A stretch of 64,000 nucleotides of DNA from contig CM082582.2 of the NCBI GenBank assembly GCA_040954595.2, positions 2,836,303-2,900,302 of the forward strand, written 5' to 3'. Positions 10,701 to 22,524 of the stretch are shown here, in pieces. Both the position numbers and the translations under genes were made by a program. This DNA comes from Balanoglossus misakiensis (Eukaryota; Animalia; Hemichordata). Within the stretch, counting starts at the first letter, position 1. Every line of letters starts with the position of its first letter. Under the pieces are notes generated by a model. The model was given only the letters and a program-made list of their open reading frames with translations, was not told the DNA's origin and ran no database searches.

Positions 10701-13208
10701 CACGGCTGGAATGGTTACACAAATGTCCTTGAAAGTTAGTGCTACTGTGGCTTCCAATGTTATCTCTTATGAAGAGTTTTGATAATTTTGTTTGTTCTTT
10801 ATATTACATGAAAAGAATGACTGCATTCATTGCATTTAATTTTGTTTGCCACACATTCCCATTGGCCACAGTGTCCACTGAAGTCTTTCTTTGGTTATTA
10901 GACTTTTTGTTGCAGTGCGATGGAGAAAGGGAATCAGTGTTAACTTTCTTCAGATGGATTTTTTTGGGTGAAGTTCAAGTTTTTTTATTTAAACACTATT
11001 TCTACAAATAACTAGTGACACCATTGCACAACTCTACCTGATATTGTTGGACCACTCAGTAGAAATTTATTTTAATGATGATTGATTTATCCCTTGTCAC
11101 ATACAATTTCTCTGTTATTTCCCCTTTGATCGACATCGTTCAGTCTGCACAGCTTGGCTACTTTGTGCTGAGAACAGTCTGATGCCCTCCTACAGGAAAT
11201 ATACATAGTTTGGTTAGCTCAGATGTTTGAACTGTTTCCACATAAATCTCCACATATCTCAAATTTGTCATCATATTGGAGATGAGATGTGATTATTCAA
11301 AATTCTTCTGACAATTCTACTAAATGTCACTGTAGTTGTTTGCTAAATCTTCTTCTATATTGTGCAGGTTGCAAAAATAAATTGGTCCCATTCAGGAAAT
11401 GTTCACTAACATCACATCACTGTCAGTTTTTTGATAGAAAATCATAAATAAAGTTCAGTTTAAAATTGGTGTATTGGTTTTCCGTAATGTTATCTGTTTT
11501 GCAAGTTGTCAAATTTGAGTTTGTTTGTGAATTATTTATAGTAACTTTTCTTTCTGTATCAACTGGCAGATATTTTGTCAGAATTCTTTTAGCTCGTTAA
11601 AATGCATGTATAAAACTGAATTACACATCTTGTGTGTAGAGTCGATACTGTTTCTGTTCAAATGCCATTTACTGTTGGTTAATATTATCCACAAGGGAGT
11701 TTGCGATTATTTGTCGTTTGTGTGTTTGTTCGATCGTTCATTTTAACAAAATAACCTCATGTTACATTTCATTTTTCTTGACATTCTCATCATGCTCCTC
11801 CTTCATTACTTACAGAATGGCGACACCCCTTTGCATTATGCAGTAAGAGGGTGTCGTGGTGAAGGCCTTGTCAGATTGTTATTGGAACACAAAGCTGATG
11901 TGACCATACCAAACAAGGTAAATACCAACATGACTTCTGCAGGTTAATTCTATCAATGCGGATATATTTATTCATTTGTTTGTGTCTTTGTCTATTTGTT
12001 TGTTTGTTTGTTAGTTTGTTTGTTTTTTTAAGGAAATTTCACATTACATTTCAATTTTGTGACATTATTCTCATGCTCCTCCTTCATTACTTACAGACAG
12101 GAGACACCCCTTTGCATTATGCGGCAAGGAGGGATGGTGGTGAAGGCCTTGTCAGATTGTTATTGGAACACAAAGCTGATGTGACCATACAAAACGAGGT
12201 AAATACCAACTTGACTTCTGCAGGTTAATTCTATCAATGCGGATATATTTATTCATTTTATTGTGTTTTTGTCTATTTGTTTGTTTGTTTGTTTGGTTAA
12301 GGAAATTTCACATTACATTTCAATTTTGTGACATTATTCTCATGCTCCTCCTTCATTACTTGCAGACAGGAGACACCCCTTTGCATTATGCGGCAAGGAG
12401 GGATGGTGGTGAAGGCCTTGTCAGATTGTTATTGGAACACAAAGCTGATGTGACCATACAAAACGAGGTAAATACCAACTTGACTTCTGCAGGTTAATTC
12501 TATCAATGCGGATATATTTATTCATTTTATTGTGTATTTGTCTATTTGTTTGTTTGTTTGTTTGGTTAAGGAAATTTCACATTACATTTCAATTTTGTGA
12601 CATTATTCTCATGCTCCTCCTTCATTACTTACAGGATGGAGACACTCCTTTGCATTATGCAGCAATGAGGGATGGTGGTGAAGGCCTTGTCAGATTGTTA
12701 TTGGAACACAAAGCTGATGCTAACATACAAAACAAGGTAAATACCAACCTGACTTCAGCAGGTTTATTCTATCAATGCGGATATATTTATTCATTTATTT
12801 GTTTGTTTGTTTGTTTGTTTGTTTGTTTGTTTAAGGAAATTTCACATTAGATTTCACTTTTTGTGACATTATTCTCATGCTCCTCCTTCATTACTTACAG
12901 GATGGAGACACCCCTTTGCATTATGCAGCAAGGTTTCGTGATGAAGGACGTGTCAGATTGTTATTGGAACACAAAGCTGATGCTTACATACAAAACAAGG
13001 TAAATACCAACCTGACTTCTATAGGTTAATTCTGAAAGTATTGAAATATTTTTTTGTTTTTTTTTTGTTTAAGGAAATTTCACATTATATTTCAATTTTT
13101 GTGACATTATTCTCATGCTCCTCCTTCATTACTTACAGGATGGAGACACTCCTTTGCATTATGCAGCAAGGGATGGTGATGAAGGCCATGTCAGATTGTT
13201 ATTGGAAC
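7758..13208 (+). CDS. Ankyrin-repeat protein gene (partial): exons 7758-7856, 8671-8769, 8931-9032, 11816-11917, 12097-12198, 12366-12467, 12635-12736, 12901-12999 and truncated 13139-13208
   Basis: Each complete exon is 99 or 102 nt, phase 0, flanked by ag/gt, and encodes one ANK repeat (GDTPLHYAA...VRLLLEHKADV; first exon STALHAASFKGKLDAVRVLISHGADVNAKD). No start or stop exon identified in the window. Confidence 0.9.
11760..13208 (+). repeat. ~240-280-bp tandem duplication of ankyrin exon plus intron
   Basis: Exon starts spaced 281, 269, 269, 266 and 238 bp; introns nearly identical, including (gttt)n and ctcctccttcattacttacag; two further copies at 8560-9070. Confidence 0.95.
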
Positions 13209-15042
13209 TGTAAGTAATGAATTGGTTCGAGACCACTTTATTTTTCTATTTCTTTTTTTTTGAGAACTTTTAACGACATTTTCATTGTAATTTTTATCTT
13301 TTTCATAAGTCCAATTCATTTCAATATCTACGCTGCGTTTTTTATCTGTCGGGTATAACAAACATGCAGAGAAACTTGGCCATTTTTTGTCGCGGTTCAC
13401 TTGGGCAAGTCTGAATAACGGAGTGCTCAGCAGAGAAAAAGATAAACTCGCTAAAACCCTGTCTTTCCGTCCGCATGACCAACCAAAGAGCGAAAAAAGT
13501 CCTTATTTAGGCCGTAATAAAACGTTTTATGTCGCCGAGGAGTAAATAAAGAACGGTCAGATCGTTGTTGGGGAGGAAAATCTTATTCGCAACGCTGCGG
13601 TGCAGGGAACTCGTATTTGCACCGCTGCGGCGCAAATAAGATCATTGGAGTTATGCTGCAATATAGTGCGGAAAATTTCCGACTTTCGAGTACACATCGT
13701 GATGGCAAAAGGTTCAGGAAAGGTTTTACCTGAGGGTGTCAACTGATGTTCGTTCGAGACCACTTTTTTTTCAATTTCTATTTTTTGTGTGAACTTTTAA
13801 CGACATTATAATTGTAATTTTTAACAATTTCATAAATCCAATTCATTTCAATATCTACGCTGCTTATTTCATCTGTCGGGTATAAGTAACATGCAGGGAA
13901 ACTTGGCCAATTTTTTGTCGCGGTTCACTTGGGTAAGTCTGAATACGGAGTGCTCAGCAGAGAGAAAGATAAACTCGCTAAAACCGTGTCTTTCCGTCCG
14001 CATGACCAACCAAGAAGCGAAAAAGTCGTTACTTAGGCCGTAATAAAACGTTTTTGTCGCCGAGGAGTGAATAAAGAACGGTCAGATCATTGCGGGGCCA
14101 GGGAACTCTTATTCGCACCGCTGCGGTGCAGGGAACTCTTATTTGCACCGCTGCGGTGAAAATAAGATCATTGGAGTTATGCTGCAATATAGAGTGGAAA
14201 ATTTCCGACTTTTTCGAGTACACATCATGATGGCGAAAGGTTCAGGAAGGCTAGCCTTTTACCTGAAGTTGTCGACTGACGTTGGTTCGAGACCAATTTC
14301 TTTTTCTATTTCTTTTTTGTGAGAACTTTTAACGACATTTTCATTGTAATTTTTATCATTTTCATAAATCCAATTCATTTCAATATCTACGATGCGGTTT
14401 TATCTGTCTGGTATAACAAACATGCAGAGAAACTTGGCCATTTTTTGTCGCGGTTCACTTAAGCAAGTCTGAATAACGGAGTGCTCAGCAGAGAGAAAGA
14501 TAAACTCGCTAAAACCCTGTCTTTCCATCCGCATGACCAACCAAGGAGCGAAAAAGTCGTTATTTAGGCCGTAATAAAACGTTTTATGTCGCCGAGGAGT
14601 AAATAAAGAACGGTCAGATCGTTGTTGGGGAGGGAAATCTTATTCGCACCGCTGCGTTGCAGGGAACTCTTTTTTGCATCGCTGCGGTGCAAATAAGATC
14701 ATTGGAGTTATGCTGCAATATAGTGCGGAAAATTTCCGACTTTTTCGAGTACACATCGTGATGGCGAATGGTTCAGGAAGGCTACCCTTTTACCTGAAGG
14801 TGTCAACTGATGTTGGTTCGAGACCACTTTTTTATTTCTTTTTTTTTGTGAGAATTTTTAACGACATTATTATTGTAATTTTTATCATTTTCATAAAGCC
14901 AATTCATTTCAATATCAACGCAGCGTTTTTATCTGTCAGGTAAATAAAACATGCAGGGAAACATGGTCATATTTTTGTCGCGCTTCACTTGGGCAAGTCT
15001 GAATACGGAGTGCTCAGGAGAGAGAAAGATAAACTCGCTAAA

Positions 15043-17534
15043 TATCAATAACAAAAGCCCTGGTTTAGATGGCATACCGTATGAATTCTATAAACATTTC
15101 TGGGATGTCCTAAAAGATGATATGTTAGATATTTTTAATTGTATTTTTGGAAATAACTATCTCCCCGAGTCAATGAAAACTGGCCTCATTACACTCATTC
15201 CAAAAGCTGACTGTGACCTCCGCTTTATTAAAAACTGGCTTCCTATCACCCTCCTCAACTGTGATTACAAAATCCTTACTAAAACACTTGCCCTTAGACT
15301 TAGTAAAATCATGCCCTCTATAGTCAGCCCGGATCAAACTTGCTGTGTCCCAGGTCGTGACATTGTGGACAATGTTTTCTGTATGAGAGATCTTATTCAT
15401 CATGTTGATTCCAGTAACTGTCCAGGTGCCATTGTGAAATTTGATCAGATGAAAGCCTTTGATCGCGTTGATCACAATTATTTGCTTAACACACTAAGGG
15501 CGTTCAGGTTCGGTGACAACTTTGTTAAATGGATTTCCATTATGTACAACCAGATTATGAGTAATGTAAAAATTAACGGGTTTTTGTCTGACTCGGTGTT
15601 AATTAAACGAAGTGTCAGACAAGGGTGCCCGCTGTCAGCAATGTTGTACGTGCTGTCAGCTGAGCCTCTAAATGCCGCTATTCAGCATAACCACAACATA
15701 CATGGTATTCAAATTCCTGGCAGTACTGTATCTTCCTTAGTTTATCAACATGCTGATGACACCACTCTAACCGTTAGCGATGACCATTCTATCCGCGAAG
15801 CGTATCAGGTCTTTTGTGATTATGGTAAAGCTTCTGGATCAAAGGTTAATCTGAACAAAAGTGCTTTGATGTGGATAGGAAACAAAAGAGGGCGTACTGA
15901 CTGCCCCTTACCTGTTAAGCTTCAACTGGATGGCATGGTCATTCTTGGTGTCATGTTGAATCATGACAAATCAGTTGCTGATGATTTCAATTGGGCTCAG
16001 CGCATTCCTAAAATTTGCAGAATTCTGAAATCTTGGTCATTTCGTAAATTGTCCTTCAAAGGGAAAACCCTTATTATCAACTCCCTTGTTACGTCTACTC
16101 TGTGGTACCGGGCATCTGTTGTTTCTTTGCCTCAGCAACACATACCAATTTTGAATGAGCACATCTGTAATTTCTTCTGGAGCAAAGGTCATCACATGGT
16201 GAAATATGATGTCATCACTTCCGACATTCAAGATGGGTGACTTAAAGTCACAAATATTCAAGACAAAGTGCATGCACTTCGTCTCAAGTGGTTGTGTAAA
16301 ATGCTGGATAAAGATTATGTTCACAAATTCAAGCTGTTTTTCACCTACAACTTAAATACAAAATGTAAGTATCTCGATCTCAATTGTGGTGTTGACACTT
16401 TTAAAATGTTACTTTATCCTACCAACTTACGTCAGTGTTCTACATTCTACAAGGAATTGTTTCAGTCTTGGTCACATCTTTTCAAGTATTTTCGTGCACA
16501 ACCAGTTTCCTACGATGAAATTATCAATGAACCCATTTTTCATAACCCATTCATTACAAGTGTTGAAGGGCGCCCCCTGGCGATTGTAAAGCTTTTCAGT
16601 TCAGCTGGCATTGTCAAAATCAGGGATTTGTTATACGAAGTCATTCCTGGGTTCCTACCTGTTGATGCAATTGGTGACATGGTTTCATTGGCCCATCCTG
16701 ACACTCCCACAAGCAATACTGTTGAGAAGCAGTACCAGATTATCCTCAATTCAATTCCTCAAAAGAGGCATGATATTCTGCAGAGTAATTACAAAGATTA
16801 TAACAAAGTGGACAAAAACTCGTCTCTCTTTATTGTTAATGCTCATGATCAACGTGTTCCTTTCCATTCTCTTAAGGTTAGACACATTACTACAATAGCT
16901 CGGCATCTGAGAAAAACAGTGCCCACGGGTGTTCAGTATTGGCTCTATCACCTGCCAAACTTTGATTTTAGTAAGGTTTGGCCAATTGTTTACACAAATT
17001 TCAAGGATAACTACCTGGGTGATCTGGATTATCTCATTTGTCACAACGCTGTTTTTAGTAATCTTCGTCTTTATAAATCAGGCAAAATCCTCAGTCCGAC
17101 TTGTGACTTCTGCACATTTTTTCCCGAAGACGTGTATCATTTGTTTGTGTGCTGCCAGACAATTCAATCCTTGTGGCAACTTGTTTTTGAGTATATCAAC
17201 AGTGCCTGTAATGTAAATAAATTTAAACCCAACAGATAGAATTCTAATGATGTTATTTGGTTATACTGTCAAGGATGACAAGTACGAGTACACGCTGATC
17301 AATATTTTATTGACACTTTCACGTTATACAATTCATAGTAGAAGATTAGCATACAAGCGTTGTACTCGGAAAATCGACTTGATCATGTTCTTTAACTACA
17401 AATTAAAACAGAAAATCACTTTTGAATATAACAGGTGCAAAGTAAGTGATGATGTTGCGCTATTTGAAAGCATCTTTGCACAAAACAATGTGCTTGTAAC
17501 GGTAAAAGATTTTGACTTTACCTTCAATTTTTAA
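15043..17534 (+). pseudogene. LINE ORF2 reverse transcriptase (endonuclease domain missing; in-frame TGA at 16238, frameshift near 17240)
   Basis: ORFs 14951-16240 and 16268-17239 share a frame; 17247-17534 is in a different frame. Confidence 0.9.
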
Positions 17535-17933
17535 ACAATCGTTTTGTCTATGTTGTCACCTTCAGTTGAACCTGGCGCCCTCTGGTGTTACATACCATCT
17601 TTTTTTACTGGTAATTGTTCCTGTAATTAAATTGTATGTCACAATTCTATGACAGATTGGAGTAGGACTTACATAAATGGTGGAATGCTGTAATGCAATA
17701 TTGTGAATTTAAAGATTGTTTATGTTGAATGACTTGACTACACATGCATTCATTTCGGTGTATGATTTTTTATCAATATTGTAATGATTGGCATTAGTAG
17801 TGTAACGTGTTGAAGATTTATGGCATTATTTAAAATGAATCTATGACTGTAATTACAAGCTTCTTGTAATGTACAACTTATTTTTAACAGGGCAAGCCAG
17901 TGGGCCTGTCCTTTTTAATAAAAGATAAAAAAA
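15043..17933 (+). mobile_element. 5'-truncated Tx1/L1-clade non-LTR retrotransposon
   Basis: ORF2 motifs KSPGLDG, PITLLNCDYKIL, KAFDRV, RQGCPLS, HADD and a C-terminal CxxC..E...HLF..C finger; 3' UTR with AATAAA (17917) and short A-rich tail; satellite resumes at 17934. Confidence 0.93.
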
Positions 17934-20900
17934 GGAAGGCTAGCCTTTTACCCGAAGGTGTCGACTGATGTTGGTTAGAGACCACTTTATTTTTCTATTT
18001 CTTTTTTTTTTGTGAGAACTTTTAACGACATTATAATTGTAATTTTTATCATTTTCATAAATCCAATACATTTCAATATCTACGCTGCTTTTTTCATCTG
18101 TCGGGTATAAGTAACATGCAGGGAAACTTGGCCATTTTTTGTCGCGGTTCACTTGGGCAAGTCTGAATACGGAGTGCTCAGCAGAGAGAAAGATAAACTC
18201 GCTAAAACCGTGTCTTTCCGTCCGCATGACCAACCAAGGAGCCAAAAAGTCGTTATTTAGGCCGTAATAAAACGTTTTTGTCGCCGAGGAGTGAATAAAG
18301 AACGGTCAGATCATTGCGGGGCCAGGGAACTCTTATTCGCACCGCTGCGGTGCAGGGAACTCTTATTTGCACCGCTGCGGTGCGAATAAGATCATTGGAG
18401 TTATGCTGCAATATAGTGCGGAAAATTTCCGACTTTTTCGAGAACACATCGTAATGGCGAAAGGTTCAGGAAGGCTAACCTTTTTACCTGAGGGTGTCAA
18501 CTGATGTTGGTTTGAGACCACTTTTTTTCTATTTCTTTTTTTTGTGAGAACTTTTAACGACATTATAATTGTAATTTTTATCATTTTCATAAATCCAATT
18601 CATTTCAATATCTACGCTGCTTTTTTCATCTGTCGGGTATAAGTAACATGCAGGGAAACTTGGCCATTTTTTGTCGCGGTTCACTTGGGCAAGTCTGAAT
18701 AACAGAGTGCTCAGCAGAGAGAAAGATAAACTCGCTAAAACCCTGTCTTTCCGTCCGCATGACCAACCAAGGAGCGAAAAAGTCGTTATTTAGGCCGTAA
18801 TGAAATGTTTTCTGTCGCCGAGGAGTAAATAAAGAACGGTCAGATCGTTGTTGGGGAGGGAAATCTTATTCGCACCGCTGCGGTGCAAATAAGTCCATTG
18901 GAGTTATGCTGCAATATAGTGCGGAAAATTTCCGACTTTTTCGAGTACACATCATGATGGCGAAAGGTTCAGGAAGGCTAGCCTTTTACCTGAAGGTGTC
19001 GACTGATGTTGGTTCGAGACCACTTTTTTTCTATTTCTTTTTTTTTGTGAGAACTTTTAACGACATTATAAGTGTAATTTTTATCATTTTCATAAATCCA
19101 ATTCACTTCAATATCTACGCTGCTTTTTTTAGCTCACATGAAAATCACGTGAGCTTATAGTTTAGCGACGTCTGTGTGTGTGTGTGTCTGTCTGTATACC
19201 CTATATCTCAAGAACCGCTGAACCGATTTCAACCAAATTTAGTAGACAGGTTCAGATATCATATGGCAAGAACTGAAAAGGTTTTGGTGGGTGTGGCTTG
19301 GATAGTAATGAAATTATCAAATTTTTAATTTTTCTAATGCACGGTATCGCCACGTATGACCAGTGTAAACGATTCATCGAAGAGATTGACTGTGAGGGCG
19401 CTGTGAAATGAGACATTCCTGGCGATATTGCCGTGGTTCTGTCCATGCTCAGACGCTGTACCCGTCGTTACGAATAACTTCCCTACGTGAATCCACAAGG
19501 AAGCTAACGTTGTTTAGTTGCTTCATAGAGTGTAAATTGTTAATCTACAGGACCATCAGACGAAGTCAGGTATGTGTTTTACTCTTTTCAAATGAAGTTT
19601 GAAACTACTTACGAGTAAGTTAATGGAGACAATATGGCGGATAGTTGGCGTGCAGCCGAATCCGTGTTATGACTATGACGTGACCCATTCATCAAGACAA
19701 ACCGTAAATGATTCACGCATATTGTGGTCCTCACGCAGTCAATCTCAAAATGTCACCAGGCTTTCTATTTGTCTATTGTTCAGAGAAAAATAACATGGCG
19801 GTTGATCACACTCAACAGTAAAATCCGTTTTGTGTGTTTATAGACAGTCTGTTATTGCCAATACTATATAGCGATTGCTAGATGGCCTACCCAATATGTG
19901 ATCGAGCGAGAATGATAACATTGAATGTCTGTTCAGATCTCATTCCGTACGTCATACGTCAACATTTCGATTTCGATTTAATCCATTCATAAAGAATTTA
20001 GAGAAAGTCGTCTTGAATTGTGACCCTGACTATCAATTTTACGATGATTTTTTGGCGACGGAATACACGAGACGCCATTGCATAACTACGTCAGCTGGAC
20101 TTCCAAGGTTACCATTTTGTGTGTATGGAATCTTATCACAGAGACTACGTACTTTGACAATATGCCATGCTATATCAATGACGCCCCAGAAAATTTGTCG
20201 AAAAATGAATTTGTCTTCTCATGGTGGTGCAATATATTTTAATGTCTATTTTGAGGTTGATTTTGGTTTTTGGCTAACATGTATATCAATGTCAGCATAT
20301 AGCATAAGTTGGTGTCCGTCGTCTATGTATGTCTGTATGTTTGCCTCATACAGAATTATGTATTTTGTGAATGGATCAGTTTCGTCTAAATGTATTGATG
20401 TATGTATGTGTATGTCCATCAACATCAACAACTTGAAACTACTGATATTTAGTGTGTACATAGAAATTGTTATTGCGAAAAATGCATACTGGTATTAACT
20501 GGAAAAATTTTCAAATAGTCAAAATTGAAAAAACTTAATAACAGCGGATCAGATTCAGTTAAAAATTGGCGTGCATTGGTGTGCAAGTACTTTGGGAAGA
20601 CCTCGTATGATTTTGTTCAGGTGGAGTCAGTATCTGGCGTTTGCTATTTTTTATGACTTTTTGGGGGAATTTTCTGCAGTTTTGTTAAAAAAAATTCTTC
20701 TCTGAAATTACATGTCCAATTGATTGGAAACTTGGTATGGAGGTTCATAGGGCTTACCTGAATCACATTTGTGCAAACGGTGGTGAAATTTGCAAAAATG
20801 CATTTTTGGGCAATATTTCCTGTTTTTGTCAAAAAATCAAATCCTGTGAAACTGTAAGTGCAATTGTTTTGATACATTGTATTTGGGTTTCTAGGGGTGA

Positions 20901-21496
20901 TCTCAGTCAGATATGATCAAATTGTAATGAAATTTGCATAATTGTATTGTTGGGGAATTTCTGCAGGGTTTGGCCAAATAGTCTTCAGTAAAACCACAAG
21001 TCCAATTGATTGCAAACTTTGAATGGGAATTCATATATGTGATATCAGTCAGATTTGTCTGAATTACCTGTTGTTTGCCAAAATGTCTTCCTTATTGAAA
21101 CTTGTTAAAGAGGTTCTTAGGCATGAACAGAAATCAGATTTGTTGAAATCTGGTGAAATATTCATACTTTTTGGTATATTTCTTGCCATTTTTGATCAAA
21201 GAGTTTTAGAATTCCATAGACTTATCTTTTTATGCAGTTCAGGATGGGGTACATGATTCATATTTGTTGCAGTTATTCAAAAAAAAGTTGTTATCAAATG
21301 GGAGCAATACTTTTGTCATTCGCAGTATTTTTTGATAGGGTGACATTTCATTGGCATGTACTTTCTACTGTTTTTTTAACTTTCACTTTTGCACAGCTAC
21401 CACTCAAACCATACATTGTTTTTATTTATTTTACAGATTACATCTACAAGACGAAGTCGTGTGAGACTGCTCAAGACATTGATTTGGTCTTTAACA

Positions 21497-22132
21497 GGCT
21501 CACATTTGGCTGTTTGAAGGCTCATACTTGCATATTTGGCCATTGGAAGGCTCACATTTGAACATTTGGCCGTTGGAAGGCTCATATTTGCACATTTGGC
21601 CGTTGGAAGGCTCACATTTGAACATTTGGCCGTTAGAAGGCTCATATTTGAACATTTGGCCGTTAGAAGGCTCATATTTGGCTGTTTGAAGGCTCATACT
21701 TGCATATTTGGCCATTGGAAGGCTCACATTTGAACATTTGGCCGTTGGAAGGCTCACATTTGAACATTTGGCCGTTGGAAGGCTCATATTTGCACATTTG
21801 GCCGTTAGAAGGCTCATATTTGAACATTTGGCCGTTAGAAGGCTGATATTTGGCTGTTTGAAGGCTCATACTTGCATATTTGGCCGTTGAAAGGCTCATA
21901 TTTGCACATTTGGCCGTTGGAAGGCTCATATTTGAACATTTGGCCGTTAGAAGGCTCATATTTGGCTGTTTGAAGGCTCATACTTGCATATTTGGCCGTT
22001 GAAAGGCTCATATTTGCACATTCGGCCGTTGGAAGGCTCATATTTGAACATTTGGCCATTAGAAGGCTCATATTTGTACATTTGGCCATTAGAAGGCTCA
22101 TATTTGCACATTTGGCCGTTAGAAGGCTCATA
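21497..22132. repeat. ~30-bp minisatellite upstream of the Rep/Hel ORF
   Basis: Unit ggctcatatttg(a/c)acatttggccgtt(g/a)gaa with recurrent shortened units. Confidence 0.95.
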
Positions 22133-22524
22133 GAACGCTCACTATTATAATAATCACACTTGCTATCATAAGAATCAATTAAATATTTGAAAATTGGAGG
22201 ATTTGAGTACTTGCTTTTATCTTAGTGTGACTGCCACAAGATATATATTCACAACATACAGAGATATATTTTATTTATTCTTGGTGTTTTATCAAATAAT
22301 CCATCCTAGAGAAATACAGAGACCATTTGTACAGGAGTTCTTGAGTGAAACACAACAGCATTTACTCCAGATCATATCTTTTTGATACTGTAAGTACTTG
22401 AATAATCTGAAGGAATCTTATCACATCTGTAACAAGTTGAATACATCAATACAATGAGAGTAAAGAAATTAAGCACAAAGGCCAAAAATAAAAAGAGAAA
22501 GTTGCATCTCCAACATAAAAGACA

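Larger units (their letters stand above)
13223..19128. repeat. ~530-bp tandem satellite (about 6 units, two variant types) interrupted by a LINE
   Basis: ggttcgagacca-like marker at ~13225, 13752, 14284, 14815, 17973, 18509 and 19011; units carry the palindrome tcttatt(c/t)gcaccgctgcggtgc(g/a)aataaga. Confidence 0.95.

Noticed and set aside
11759-12850. ORF-track proteins with hydrophobic N-termini plus one ankyrin repeat
   Set aside because: The hydrophobic parts are translated (gttt)n introns; the real coding parts are the 99-102-nt exons
14951-15042. ATG and N-terminus of the 429-aa RT ORF
   Set aside because: This is satellite sequence fused in frame by chance to a 5'-truncated LINE
18920-19022. 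Spliced-leader RNA on the minus strand of the 530-bp unit (cttcag|gtaaaa within a stem)
   Set aside because: The Sm-like site (aaattttcc) is non-canonical and buried in a palindrome; kept only as a weak alternative to the Pol III reading
21397-22131. Repetitive ORFs (MSLLTAKC.., YEPSNGQM..)
   Set aside because: Translations of the 30-bp minisatellite with frequent frame changes
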